Assembly: GCA_003649205.1 (NCBI GenBank)
Contig: QMRC01000002.1
Coordinates: 128,001-192,000 of the forward strand
Length of the DNA stretch: 64,000 nucleotides
Source: Thermoprotei archaeon
Lineage (GTDB): Archaea > Thermoproteota > Thermoprotei > Thermoproteales > B15-G16
Direction: 5' to 3'
The notes beneath the pieces are model-generated. The model was not told the origin of the DNA and did no database searches. It saw only the letters and a list, made by a program, of their open reading frames with translations. Position 1 is the stretch's first letter, and every line of letters starts with the position of its first letter. The position numbers were made by a program, and so were the translations under genes. Of the stretch, positions 20,596-30,327 are shown piece after piece.

Positions 20596-21139
20596 TTATG
20601 TGATTGGTTCTTTCTCAATTCCTGTTCTGTTTTGAGTTTGTGCTAGTTGTTGTGTTTTCTTGAGGAGTTGCTCTATATCTGGTAGGCTTGCTTTGACTTG
20701 GTCTATTGTTAGTGCTGCTTCGTGGAACCCCCATACATGTAGGTCGTACGCGATGCTCCATCCTCGGTTTATGGTTGGTTCGTTTAGTTTTGTAGTGAGT
20801 GTTTTTGCTGCTTTGGATAGTAATTTTGTCCACCATTTACCTTCTCTATGTGCTTCCTGTGCTTCTGGAATGTTGAATTTTGTGGCTAGTGCTTTTACGC
20901 ATTCTTCAGCTACTTTGTATAGTTTCTCACTTGCTTGTACTGCATTGCCTTTTTCTAGGTATTCTCTAGCTTCTTGCATGAATTTTCTAGCTAGTTCGAG
21001 TCTTGCTTCAATTTCTTCGTTGGGATTACAGAGTTTGTGAGTGAGTATGTCGATGATGTATGTTTCTGGATCGGTGCTTTGTTCCCTTAGTTTTTTCAGG
21101 TAGCTTTCTAGGTAGTTTCAGGGTTATGCTATGTGACGT
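20596..21139 (-). pseudogene. PaREP1 family protein with frameshifted N-terminus
   Basis: VQASEKLYKVAEECVKALA..LHVWGFHE; N-terminus restored by removing one base of T6 (21091-21096); putative start is ACG. Confidence 0.75.
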
Positions 21140-21162
21140 GGAGGTTGCCTCTAGGTGTTTCG

Positions 21163-21720
21163 TTATTTCCTTTCTTCTAAGTCTCCTCTTTCTCTTCGTA
21201 GGATTGCTTTTAGTGTGTATGTTACGATCCAGAGCTTGGCTGCTTCTTCGCACCCGTCCTCCATGAGCCATCTCTTCGCTATCTCCATGATCTTATCTAG
21301 CTTGCTTAGGTCTATCTCCTTTGGATCTTTCTCCCTAATTTCTCTCACGACCTCTAGTATGAATTTAACTTCCTCTGGTTTTAGCGGGTTTAGTGCTGTT
21401 TTATGTGCTGTTGCTAAGCGTTCGATTTCTCTTAGGAGGTATTCTCTTTCCTCGGGTGTGAAGAGCTTTTTCATTGTCATGAAGTCTATTAGGTGTGTAT
21501 GGAGTGAGTGTATGAGTGAGGTCACTGTTCTGGCGCTACTTCTAATCTCTTGTCTTAGTTCCTTTAGTCTTTCATCTATTTTTCTGAATTTGTTGTCTAT
21601 TTCCTCGAACTTCATGTCTATTGACGCAAATTTTCTACCTAGCCAGTAGGCTAGGGATATCACCGAGATTACCACTGTGAGAAGCGTGCTGATAATTCCT
21701 GTAAGTACGTACATTTCCAT
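21163..21720 (-). CDS. membrane-anchored coiled-coil protein
   Basis: N-terminal TM, SLAYWLGRKF, heptads, NPLKPEE helical domain. Confidence 0.85.
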   Translation of the reverse strand: MEMYVLTGIISTLLTVVISVISLAYWLGRKFASIDMKFEEIDNKFRKIDERLKELRQEIRSSARTVTSLIHSLHTHLIDFMTMKKLFTPEEREYLLREIERLATAHKTALNPLKPEEVKFILEVVREIREKDPKEIDLSKLDKIMEIAKRWLMEDGCEEAAKLWIVTYTLKAILRRERGDLEERK

Positions 21721-21864
21721 GTTCTCTACTTGAGCTGTGTTTAATGATTCTCCTAAGTATGTTACTGTGCTTCTCTCTTAAATGTCAGTATTTTGGTCTA
21801 CGTTGTTTCTCTGTACCTGGTGTTGATTCGTAGTTTTCCCTAGTTTCATCTATGGTTTCGTTGT

Positions 21865-21915
21865 TCAGTTAGGCGTAACTTCTTCATCGTTCTGTTGTGG
21901 GCTGGATTCATCATC
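21865..21915 (-). ncRNA. box C/D sRNA candidate (second of tandem pair)
   Basis: ATGATGA-ATCCAGCCCACAA-CAGA-ACG-ATGAAGA-AGTTACGCCTAA-CTGA. Confidence 0.65.
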
Positions 21916-21941
21916 TTTTCGTTGGTCTCTGTTCTCTGGTG

Positions 21942-21997
21942 TCAGTACCCGGTATCGGCTTAATCATCGATGATCATCTTAGTCCTCCTTCATCATC
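21942..21997 (-). ncRNA. box C/D sRNA candidate (first of tandem pair)
   Basis: ATGATGA-AGGAGGACTAAG-ATGA-TCATCG-ATGATTA-AGCCGATACCGGGTA-CTGA; ATAAAA about 26 nt upstream. Confidence 0.6.
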
Positions 21998-22286
21998 GTT
22001 AACCTTTGTGTCTCTGTGGGGGTTTTATGGCGTTCTTCGTTTCTTGACTCTTTGTTGCTTCTTTGCTTTTCCTCTACAGGTAACTCATAGTGTTTCTTAC
22101 CTCTGTTCTGAGGTTTCGCTATGTTTCTTTCTCTTTTCTTGATGTTATTTTGCTTTTTGTTCTCTTTCTTCTGAGTTTTTGGTTTTGTGGCTGAGTGGTG
22201 TGCTTCTTTGTGGTTTTCCCTGAGGTGTTGTTGCTGTGATTGTTTTGAGTAAGGGTTTTGTAGTTGTTTTGTTGTTGGTTACTGTG

Positions 22287-22340
22287 GTGATGATGCTTCC
22301 CGGGGAGCGTCCGATTGGTGATGAGTACGGTGCCTACTGA
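22287..22340 (+). ncRNA. box C/D sRNA candidate
   Basis: GTGATGA-guide-CCGA-TTG-GTGATGA-GTACGGTGCCTA-CTGA. Confidence 0.75.
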
Positions 22341-22348
22341 CTGCTCTT

Positions 22349-23065
22349 TTAACTTGTTGGGAGGAGGTACTTGAGTAGGTTTATTGCTATGTTTAGTATC
22401 TTCTTCTCTGCTCTTCTAAGATCTTTTGCTATTGCTGACTTAGATACCTTCAGCATTGATGCTAGTTCTGTTAGGTTTACCTTTCTTGGGTATTCGTAGT
22501 AGCCTTTGCTTATTGCTGTGAGTAGGACTTTGTTTTGTGTCTTTGTTAGTGCATATTCGTTGACTATGGATGTTAGGTCTAGTAGTAGGAATGGGTTCAT
22601 TAGCTTTGCTAGCATGACTATGTCCTCAGGTCTCACTCTTGTGCTTTTGCATATCTTAACGTCGTTGTACTCTTTGAGTGTTGATAGGATTTCTGCTTCT
22701 TGCTTGCTATTTACTGATAGGAGGAACCAATCCTCTAGTCCTTCCTGTGTGAAGAGTGGTCTCAGTATTGCTAGTGGTTTATCCCATATACACTTTATTG
22801 CGTGTGTTGGTTTGCATACTAGCTCTAGTGCGCTCGTGTCTTTGCTTCTCCATAGTACGCCTACCTTCTTGACATTTAGTTTCTTGAATGTATCGATTAT
22901 TTCGTGTATGTCCCTGTTCCTATGGAGTACAACCATCTGTACATAGAGTCTTTCTTCGTCGATTACTCTTGAGTCTATGACATAGACCCCTATGTTGTCG
23001 AACTTCTCAGAGATAGATATAACAGGGCAATCTGGCTGCCACATCTTTATCAATGTTAGCCTCAT
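22349..23065 (-). CDS. Bat-like (HTH_10) transcriptional regulator
   Basis: LTKTQNKVL..GYYEYPRKVNLTELA..LRRAEKK. Confidence 0.9.
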   Translation of the reverse strand: MRLTLIKMWQPDCPVISISEKFDNIGVYVIDSRVIDEERLYVQMVVLHRNRDIHEIIDTFKKLNVKKVGVLWRSKDTSALELVCKPTHAIKCIWDKPLAILRPLFTQEGLEDWFLLSVNSKQEAEILSTLKEYNDVKICKSTRVRPEDIVMLAKLMNPFLLLDLTSIVNEYALTKTQNKVLLTAISKGYYEYPRKVNLTELASMLKVSKSAIAKDLRRAEKKILNIAINLLKYLLPTS

Positions 23066-23183
23066 GCCACATCCCTAACTATTTACAGCAATAAATATAT
23101 TAATAAATAACAGTAACTCTAAGTTTCAACATAGTGAATATGTAAACCAAAACTCTTATCTATTCAGGTTAAAAAGGTAGTGT

Positions 23184-24686
23184 ATGAGGTTTTCCTCCAT
23201 GGCTTCTGCTGAGAAAGCCATTAAGTTAGGTAGGTTGAAGGTTGGTCTAAGGTTGAGAGAGATACCACCATTCATTGGTATCGCTGCTGCTTTCGGTCCA
23301 GGTATTGTCTGGGCTGCTATTGCTCAGGGTTCAGGTGAGTTCATTTGGTGGCCATACCTAGCAGCTAAGTACGGTACAGCACTAATGTGGATTCTACCAA
23401 TCGCAGCTTACATGCAGTTCTTCGTCAATCACCTCGTAATAAGGTACACTGCAGCTACTGGAGAGGGCATCTTCTATGGGTTTGCTAGAATTCACCCAGC
23501 ATTCGCCATAATAATGATGATAATGTGTATGATAACGTTTAGCTGGATGGCGGGTTACGCAGGTGCAGGTGCTACAGCACTAGCAGCGTTAACAAACTTC
23601 CCACCAGGTTGGCCTGTTAAGCTACAGGTAATCTTCTGGACGTACGTGACTGTTGTTCTCTTCGTAGCTGCATTGTGTCTAGGTGGTGTAGTGTATAATG
23701 TTGTTCAGTACTTCATGTACGTAACCTTCGCGATTGCAACCGTTGGTCTACTAACTGTAGCTATTGCTTGTCCAGTCGTCCATAAGTATGCTCCTGAGTT
23801 CCTATCATCACTACTACCATTCCCAAGACCAGAGTTCTGGGAGGTAATTGGTAAGCTAGAGCCAGGTGATGCATCTGTACTAGTGACCTGTATTGCCTTC
23901 GCCGGTATGGGTGGCTTCTTCAACTTAATGTACTCATACTGGTGGAGGGAGAAGGGCTTAGCAATGGCTAGGTATGTTGGTAGAGTCGTCGGTCTAGCTG
24001 GCAAACCAGAGCCAATTCCAGAGGCAGGTTTCGCGATTGATCCGGAGAAGCCAACACCTGAAGAAGCTAGGAGGAGATGGAAGGATTGGATGAAGTTTGC
24101 ACACCTAGATAATGCTCTACTAGGTGTTACCAGCAACTTCGTCACTATCATACTAACGACAACACTATCGTACTCAATACTGAGGATGGTGTACCACACC
24201 TATCCAAAGGGTTGGGAGCTCTGTGTAGTACAGGCTAAGTGGTTCGAGATAATGTGGGGTCCAGTAGGTGCAATGATTCTGTGGATCATTGCTTGGAGCT
24301 TCATGGGTAACTGCTACCTAGGTATCATAGATGCTGTACCGAGGATGTGTACTGATGCTGTCTACGCTGTATTTGAGAGAGCTAGGAAGTGGTCGTATAG
24401 GAGATGGTACTACTTCTGGCTATTCGTCTACGTAGTACCTCTGTCCCTTATTACGCCATGGCTAGCTAAGCCAGGTTGGTTAATCATACTCTGTGGTATA
24501 CTGAACTTCTTCGCTATGGTCATCTACATACCAGCACTGCTGTACCTCTACTACGTGATAATGAAGAGAGAGTACCCTGCAAAGTTCGCAGTACCGGGTA
24601 CAGGTTGGCTCATTGCAGGCATCATAGCGTTCATATTCTACCTCTACACAGCGATATGGTACCTGAAGATTAGGTTCGGTCTATAA
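23184..24686 (+). CDS. Nramp-like / APC-superfamily transporter
   Basis: GPGIVWAAIAQGSGE, RYTAATGE; multiple TM segments. Confidence 0.8.
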   Translation: MRFSSMASAEKAIKLGRLKVGLRLREIPPFIGIAAAFGPGIVWAAIAQGSGEFIWWPYLAAKYGTALMWILPIAAYMQFFVNHLVIRYTAATGEGIFYGFARIHPAFAIIMMIMCMITFSWMAGYAGAGATALAALTNFPPGWPVKLQVIFWTYVTVVLFVAALCLGGVVYNVVQYFMYVTFAIATVGLLTVAIACPVVHKYAPEFLSSLLPFPRPEFWEVIGKLEPGDASVLVTCIAFAGMGGFFNLMYSYWWREKGLAMARYVGRVVGLAGKPEPIPEAGFAIDPEKPTPEEARRRWKDWMKFAHLDNALLGVTSNFVTIILTTTLSYSILRMVYHTYPKGWELCVVQAKWFEIMWGPVGAMILWIIAWSFMGNCYLGIIDAVPRMCTDAVYAVFERARKWSYRRWYYFWLFVYVVPLSLITPWLAKPGWLIILCGILNFFAMVIYIPALLYLYYVIMKREYPAKFAVPGTGWLIAGIIAFIFYLYTAIWYLKIRFGL

Positions 24687-24998
24687 CTCTCTTCCCAACT
24701 TTTTAATAGCTACTAGCCCTCTTCACTTCCTCTCCTAACAGCTCCAACACACCGTCTATGATTCTCAATCTGGATTTCCCTTCAATTTGAGGTCTGGAGA
24801 GGTTTAGGGTTGAATGATGCTGTAGTTTATTGAGTGTGTTAGGGAGGTAATACCTGTTATGGGTGTTGCTACTGGTAGTACGTACACTGCGAAAGTTTGG
24901 GAAATGGGTATTTCAATGTACCTAATCACTTGAGGGTAGGTGGTTGAGGAAGGTATGTGCTTTTTATAAACTGTGTTGAAGTGAATTGGTTACTAGTG

Positions 24999-26663
24999 TT
25001 ATAGCTGAAATACTGCTCCTTTATCTGCTGATGAGACTGCTCTCGAGTATCTGAGTAGGTATCCCTTACTGATCTTTGGTCTTGGTGGCTTCCACTCCTT
25101 TAGTCTCTTCTCGATTTCTTCAGGTGGTAGTAGTAGATCTAGCTTCTTGTTCTTAAGGTCAATCCTTATTCTATCTCCGTCGCGTACGATGGCTATTGGC
25201 CCACCTTCTGCTGCTTCAGGTGATACGTGTCCAATAGCTAGTCCTCTTGTTGCTCCTGAGAATCTACCGTCTGTTACTAGTGCTACGGATTCGGCTAATC
25301 CCATACCTGCTACTGCTGCTGTTGCTGCTAGCATCTCTCTCATGCCTGGTCCACCTTTGGGTCCTTCGTACCTTATCACAACCACATTACCTGGAACTAT
25401 CTTACCGTCTAGAATAGCCTTCACGGCATCTTCTTCGCAGTCGAAGACTTTCGCTGTTCCTTCGAAGTACCTTAGGTGCTCTGGTATTGCTCCTATCTTT
25501 ATCACTGCTCCTCTAGGTGCTAGTGTACCTTTGAGTATCATGATACCTCCTCTTGGACTCCACGGATTCTCTACACTCCTGATAACGTCTCTCCTCAGTA
25601 CCGTAACTCCTTCAAGTAGCTCTCTAACTGTCTTCATTGTTACTGTTAATCTATCCTTGTGTATGAGTCCTAGTTTATCGAGTTCCTTCATTACTGCTAG
25701 TACACCACCTGCTTCGTAGAGGTCTAGCACGAAGTATGGTCCTGCAGGACTCAACTTACATAGTGTCGGTACTTTTTCGCTTAGTTCGTCGAAGTCGTCT
25801 AGTGTTAGGTCTACTCCTGCTTCTCTAGCTATTGCTGGTAGGTGGAGTACTGTATTTGTTGATCCTCCTAGTGCTAGGTCAACAGCTATTGCATCTAGGA
25901 ATGCTTCTCTAGTCAGGATTTTGCTTGGTGTTATGCTCTTCTCGACTAGCTTGACTATGAGCATTCCTACGTACTTTGCTAGTCTTACTCTCTCTGCGTA
26001 GACTGCTGGTATGGTTCCGTTTCCTGGTGGTGCTACTCCAAGTGCTTCTGCTAGGCAGTTCATGGTGTTTGCTGTGAACATACCTGCACAAGATCCGCAG
26101 GTTGGGCATGCTCTCTCTTCTACCTCCTTCAGTTCCTCTAGTGTTATCTTACCTGTCTTGTACTCACCAATTGCTTCGTACGCATTCTTGAAGTCTATGA
26201 GCTTGCCCCTGTACTTACCTGGTAGCATTGGCCCTCCTGCTATGAGTATTGCTGGTATGTCTAGTCTTGCCATTGCCATTAGCATTCCTGGTATGATCTT
26301 GTCACATGAACCTACGAGGACTAGTCCGTCGAATCTATGTGCTTGTGCCATTATCTCTATGCTATCAGCAATTATCTCTCTGGAGGGTAGTGAGTACCTC
26401 ATTCCTTCATGACCCATAGCTATTCCATCACATACACCAATTACACCGAACTCGATGGGTGTTCCTCCTGCCATTCTAACTCCTGCTTTAACTGCTTCAG
26501 CTATCTGTCTTAGGTGTATGTGACCTGGAATTATCTCATTCCATGCACATGCAATGCCGATTAGTGGTCTGCGTATCTCTTCATCGATGTAGCCCATGGC
26601 CTTGAATAGTGATCTATGTGGGGTTCTCTCAATACCTTCCTTCACGATAGAGCTTCTCATCAT
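24999..26663 (-). CDS. ilvD: dihydroxy-acid dehydratase
   Basis: [43 protein letters not shown]. Confidence 0.97.
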   Translation of the reverse strand: MMRSSIVKEGIERTPHRSLFKAMGYIDEEIRRPLIGIACAWNEIIPGHIHLRQIAEAVKAGVRMAGGTPIEFGVIGVCDGIAMGHEGMRYSLPSREIIADSIEIMAQAHRFDGLVLVGSCDKIIPGMLMAMARLDIPAILIAGGPMLPGKYRGKLIDFKNAYEAIGEYKTGKITLEELKEVEERACPTCGSCAGMFTANTMNCLAEALGVAPPGNGTIPAVYAERVRLAKYVGMLIVKLVEKSITPSKILTREAFLDAIAVDLALGGSTNTVLHLPAIAREAGVDLTLDDFDELSEKVPTLCKLSPAGPYFVLDLYEAGGVLAVMKELDKLGLIHKDRLTVTMKTVRELLEGVTVLRRDVIRSVENPWSPRGGIMILKGTLAPRGAVIKIGAIPEHLRYFEGTAKVFDCEEDAVKAILDGKIVPGNVVVIRYEGPKGGPGMREMLAATAAVAGMGLAESVALVTDGRFSGATRGLAIGHVSPEAAEGGPIAIVRDGDRIRIDLKNKKLDLLLPPEEIEKRLKEWKPPRPKISKGYLLRYSRAVSSADKGAVFQL

Positions 26664-26796
26664 GTGGGAGCACCTCCAAGTACTAGTAGCGTATGTGATG
26701 AATTATTATTTTACGTGGTTGACATGTTCTAATTCGTGATTGCGAACCTCGTAAAAATAGAGGGTTGGTACTGAAGGTATTGGGTTTACGAGTGAC

Positions 26797-27027
26797 TTAT
26801 AGGTACCCTAGTGCTCTTAGTCTCTCCTTAATCTTCTCCTCTTCTTCAGGTGTGTAGCTTGGTTTCTCTTCCTCTACTAAGACCTGTTCTAGGACGTACT
26901 TGATGAATTCCTCAACTGATGTGAATGTTCCTGTTTCCTCTATGAATTTCTTGGCTTTCTCGTACAGCTCTTTAGGTATCTTCACACTTACGTACTCATC
27001 GCTCATGTTGATTACCGTACCTCTCAA
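26797..27027 (-). CDS. CopG/RHH regulator
   Basis: YVSVKIPKELYEK..FTSVEEFI; C-terminal ERLRALGYL. Confidence 0.85.
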   Translation of the reverse strand: MRGTVINMSDEYVSVKIPKELYEKAKKFIEETGTFTSVEEFIKYVLEQVLVEEEKPSYTPEEEEKIKERLRALGYL

Positions 27028-27055
27028 CTGCGTACCAGTACTTAAGTATTCTAAC

Positions 27056-28420
27056 TTATGGTGGTTGGAGTTCGAGTATTTGCTCTAGGATCTTCTCTAC
27101 ATCCTCTAACTTACCTACTTCCTGTGGTGGTTTCTCACTACACATAAATATCGCGTACTCTCCGTGATTACTGTCATCAGGTCCCTTAGCGGTCTCTAGG
27201 CTGTATACTGTGTTGAATCCTACCATCTCATTCGCTCCGTAGTGTAGGTTGTCGAAGTACAGTGTTATGTCTGGCATGTATGTTGTCTTTGGTCCTGTGT
27301 ATGCGTTCCACTTGTAGTGTACTACGTTATTTAGCTTCCTACCGTTGGGGTCTCTGACCTTACTTAGTGCGTCAGCTACCTGTCTACATATGTCCTCGTA
27401 CTCACTCCTCTTTACTACTCCCTTTGGCTCCCTACCTTCGAGATTGATCCATACCTGACCTACGTAAGCACCCCAAGACCATGCGATTGTTCTCTCCCAG
27501 TCGATTAGCTTCTTCTCGTCTAGTTGCTTCAAGGTCATGGGTTTACTTGGTTTCTCCTTGAGCTTTAGGAATCTCTCCTGAATCAGTACCTCGTTTACGT
27601 TGATTCTAGCGTACATTCTCTTAGCTCCGTGATCGCTCATGACTATGACTACGGTGTCTCTAGGTAGCTGTGTCACTAGGTTACTGAGTTCCTCATCTAT
27701 CTTCTTGTAGAGGTTGAGTAGACCGTACTTCAGCTCTGGATCCTCTACGTACCTTGGGTGTTCTCTATCGAAGTACTTCCATAGTGTGTGCTGTGCTCTA
27801 TCTACTGACATGAGTACACAGATAGCTAGGTCCCAGTCTTTAGTCCTTAGTAGGTACTTCAAGATCTTGAAGTCGTGCTCAATCTTCTCAATTAGCTTCC
27901 TATACAGCTTCCTAGGTTCTATTCTCCTGTAGTCGTACACATCTATTATGTACTGATCCTCACCACCAACTACGTTGAGTACTTCCTCCTTTAGCTCTCT
28001 AGGCCATGTGAAGTCACTCGAGGTATCTGGTGTGAAGAAGTCTGCTACTACGTATCCCCTGATTCTAGGTGGTGGGTATGTGCCTGGTACGAAGCATAGT
28101 ACGGTCTTTAGTCCTCGTTTACTAGCTCTATTCCATATGAAGTCTATGTGCTCAACAACTCTGTAGCTGTAAAGTCTATAGTCTGTGTAGGTTCCTGGTA
28201 CTCGGTATCTTAGGTCGTAGAGTCCGAAGTATCCAGGGTTTAAGCCGCTGAAGGCTGTTAACCAGGCTGGTATAGTTATTGGTGGTACGGTGGATTGTAC
28301 TCTCCTGTAGTATGTCTCGTATAGTTGTCTCATTGTGGGGAGTTCCTTAATCCAGGACTCAATCTGTAGCGGTTCAGCACTGTCTATACCGAGGATGAGA
28401 ACTCTAGTCAATGCCCACAC
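27056..28420 (-). CDS. alkaline phosphatase superfamily nucleotide pyrophosphatase/phosphodiesterase
   Basis: ILGIDS, STVPPITIPAW, DRAQH, MSDHG, INLEGREPKG. Confidence 0.9.
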   Translation of the reverse strand: MWALTRVLILGIDSAEPLQIESWIKELPTMRQLYETYYRRVQSTVPPITIPAWLTAFSGLNPGYFGLYDLRYRVPGTYTDYRLYSYRVVEHIDFIWNRASKRGLKTVLCFVPGTYPPPRIRGYVVADFFTPDTSSDFTWPRELKEEVLNVVGGEDQYIIDVYDYRRIEPRKLYRKLIEKIEHDFKILKYLLRTKDWDLAICVLMSVDRAQHTLWKYFDREHPRYVEDPELKYGLLNLYKKIDEELSNLVTQLPRDTVVIVMSDHGAKRMYARINVNEVLIQERFLKLKEKPSKPMTLKQLDEKKLIDWERTIAWSWGAYVGQVWINLEGREPKGVVKRSEYEDICRQVADALSKVRDPNGRKLNNVVHYKWNAYTGPKTTYMPDITLYFDNLHYGANEMVGFNTVYSLETAKGPDDSNHGEYAIFMCSEKPPQEVGKLEDVEKILEQILELQPP

Positions 28421-28427
28421 CTCCGAG

Positions 28428-28652
28428 CTAGTGTTTTCTGTTGACCCCCCAGGTTACTCGAGCCCAAATTCTCTCATGGAGGTAGTACAGTACTGTCTTC
28501 ACGAAATTTATGAGTATTCCGGTACCGATGGAGAACTCAGCTTTACCTGTCAGGACGTACAGTATAGCTATGGTAACGCAGGTAGCTAAGCACCTCCACG
28601 TTGCAGCTTTCACGAGGCTTCTAGTTCTTGACTCTAGTGCTACCTTCATCAC
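28428..28652 (-). CDS. DUF2061 membrane protein
   Basis: ESRTRSLVKAATWR...YYLHERIW...WG. Confidence 0.9.
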   Translation of the reverse strand: MMKVALESRTRSLVKAATWRCLATCVTIAILYVLTGKAEFSIGTGILINFVKTVLYYLHERIWARVTWGVNRKH

Positions 28653-29275
28653 TTAGTCACCACGTCACTAATTGATGCTCCGAGACTGAGTAGACGTCTG
28701 TAAATGTCTATATGCTCTAGGTACTCAGTGACTGGTGGTGGTAGCATCTTCTTCCAAGACTCATCACCTGATAGTATCTTTCTCCTGAGTTCGCTAGCAG
28801 ATACCTCAATGCACCTATGTACGTTTCGATGACCTGGTACAACTACGTAACCGAGTAAGTTGAACGCTATGACCATCGGTGGCTTATTGCCGATGAAAGC
28901 TGTATCGCTTGGATTCATGTTGAGTAACTTCTCAACTGTCCTAGCCCAGGTAATGAGTGGGTGATTACTGAAGATAACCTTGTCCTCTGTTGGTAGTGGT
29001 GTATCCTTACCGAAGTCAGGTACAGCTCTAATAACTACCCTTGAGAGATCTACATCAGCCCACTCAAGTAACCTCCTCCAGCACTCAATCCTCTCGTTGA
29101 CGGTTAGTGGATCCTTAGGACCTAGAGGTGTCTCCCTAACACCAATGATTACTGTACTAGCTATCTCAAGACCTAGCTTAACGCTAGCTAAGTGACCTTG
29201 ATGAGGTGGTTGAAATCTACCTATGTACACTGCTCTCCTAAACAACATACCTAATCGCAGTGAGTAGCTTATCAA
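28649..29275 (-). CDS. HxGH nucleotidyltransferase (NMNAT/cytidylyltransferase-like)
   Basis: GRFQPPHQGH, PLTVNER, SASELR. Confidence 0.8.
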   Translation of the reverse strand: MISYSLRLGMLFRRAVYIGRFQPPHQGHLASVKLGLEIASTVIIGVRETPLGPKDPLTVNERIECWRRLLEWADVDLSRVVIRAVPDFGKDTPLPTEDKVIFSNHPLITWARTVEKLLNMNPSDTAFIGNKPPMVIAFNLLGYVVVPGHRNVHRCIEVSASELRRKILSGDESWKKMLPPPVTEYLEHIDIYRRLLSLGASISDVVTK

Positions 29276-29296
29276 CCTAATATATCAGTTAAACAA

Positions 29297-29324
29297 CACG
29301 TATACATACGTGACATATCACGTA
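29297..29324. promoter_or_regulatory. overlapping inverted repeats between divergent genes, putative RHH operator
   Basis: CACGTAT-AC-ATACGTG and TACGTGA-CATA-TCACGTA. Confidence 0.55.
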
Positions 29325-29378
29325 CAGACTAATGACATTTAGAGAGTAATTTAAGTAGGGTTCTTAGGTATGTGATTA

Positions 29379-29612
29379 GTGATGAGTGAGGTATCAGAGA
29401 GCAAGAGAAGTAGGAAGAGAGATTACGTCAACATCTCCATACCTAGACCACTCTACGAGAGATTAGCTAAAGCACTTGAGGGTACAGGATTTAGAAGTCC
29501 AACTGAGTACATAATCTTCCTTATTAGGAAGTACCTACCGTTGCTAGAGTCAAAGGATGTGAAAAAGAGATTAATTGCACTAGGTTACCTACCTGAGGAG
29601 GAGATGACGTAG
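29379..29612 (+). CDS. CopG/RHH regulator
   Basis: YVNISIPRPLYERL..FRSPTEYI; KRLIALGYL. Confidence 0.85.
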   Translation: MMSEVSESKRSRKRDYVNISIPRPLYERLAKALEGTGFRSPTEYIIFLIRKYLPLLESKDVKKRLIALGYLPEEEMT

Positions 29613-29684
29613 TAGGTACCTCAGGGTAGTGATTTGCATTAACCTACGTAATTTACATTAACCTTCCTTAATACCGTAGAGTTA

Positions 29685-30158
29685 GTGAGGATCATGGTCA
29701 GTAGAAGGCTTATCACCATAGTTACCGTTATCGCAGTGGTTATTGCTGTTCTAGCTATTGCGATCTATCTCAAGTACCAAGCAGTGAGCAGTAGTGTAGA
29801 TAGTCTCGTTGTTGATGTTCGTGTAATGGGTCTCTTACCAACGGAATTTAGAGGTGGTAAGGCAGTTAAGTACAATATTAAACTGCTGATCTTAATCTAC
29901 TGTAGAGTAGGTAGTTTTAGAGCAAGAGCTCTATCTATAAAGCTGTACTCAGATAGTACAGTACTTTATGAAGAGCAATTGAAAGACATTGTAGTCACCA
30001 GAAGTCCCATACCAATAATCTCGACACTGAATGTGGATGCTAAGTACATAGAAGCGTTTCTAGGTAGAAAGCCAAGAGTTGTAGCTAGTGTAGTAGCTGA
30101 AGTCACGGTACTTGGTGTGAAGATTGGCGAGATTAAGCGCGTAATCGAGCTTAGATAG
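29685..30158 (+). CDS. membrane-anchored beta-rich protein (LEA_2-like)
   Basis: N-terminal TM followed by alternating beta-strand pattern. Confidence 0.55.
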   Translation: MRIMVSRRLITIVTVIAVVIAVLAIAIYLKYQAVSSSVDSLVVDVRVMGLLPTEFRGGKAVKYNIKLLILIYCRVGSFRARALSIKLYSDSTVLYEEQLKDIVVTRSPIPIISTLNVDAKYIEAFLGRKPRVVASVVAEVTVLGVKIGEIKRVIELR

Positions 30159-30327
30159 GAACTTCAATGAGATAACTTAGGGAAACAAGCTCCCAACCAA
30201 CACACGTAGAATGTGGCACTTATCGCAGATTAGTAGTAGAGTGTAGTCACCGTAGTTAACCATTGAATAGCTAGGTATGAGGATTGAGGAAAGGCTAATA
30301 AATATGAAGAGATAAGGTGACACGACA

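Noticed and set aside
21785-21851. Third C/D unit of the tandem cluster
   Set aside because: Terminal CTGA is present but the C, C' and D' boxes and their spacing are poor; mentioned only as a possibility
25147-26412. Long antisense ORFs opposite ilvD (similarly 23705, 39196, 45464, 46931)
   Set aside because: Shadow frames of well-supported genes
30177-30263. 28-aa CxxC ORF on the minus strand
   Set aside because: Too short, single CxxC, no supporting signals
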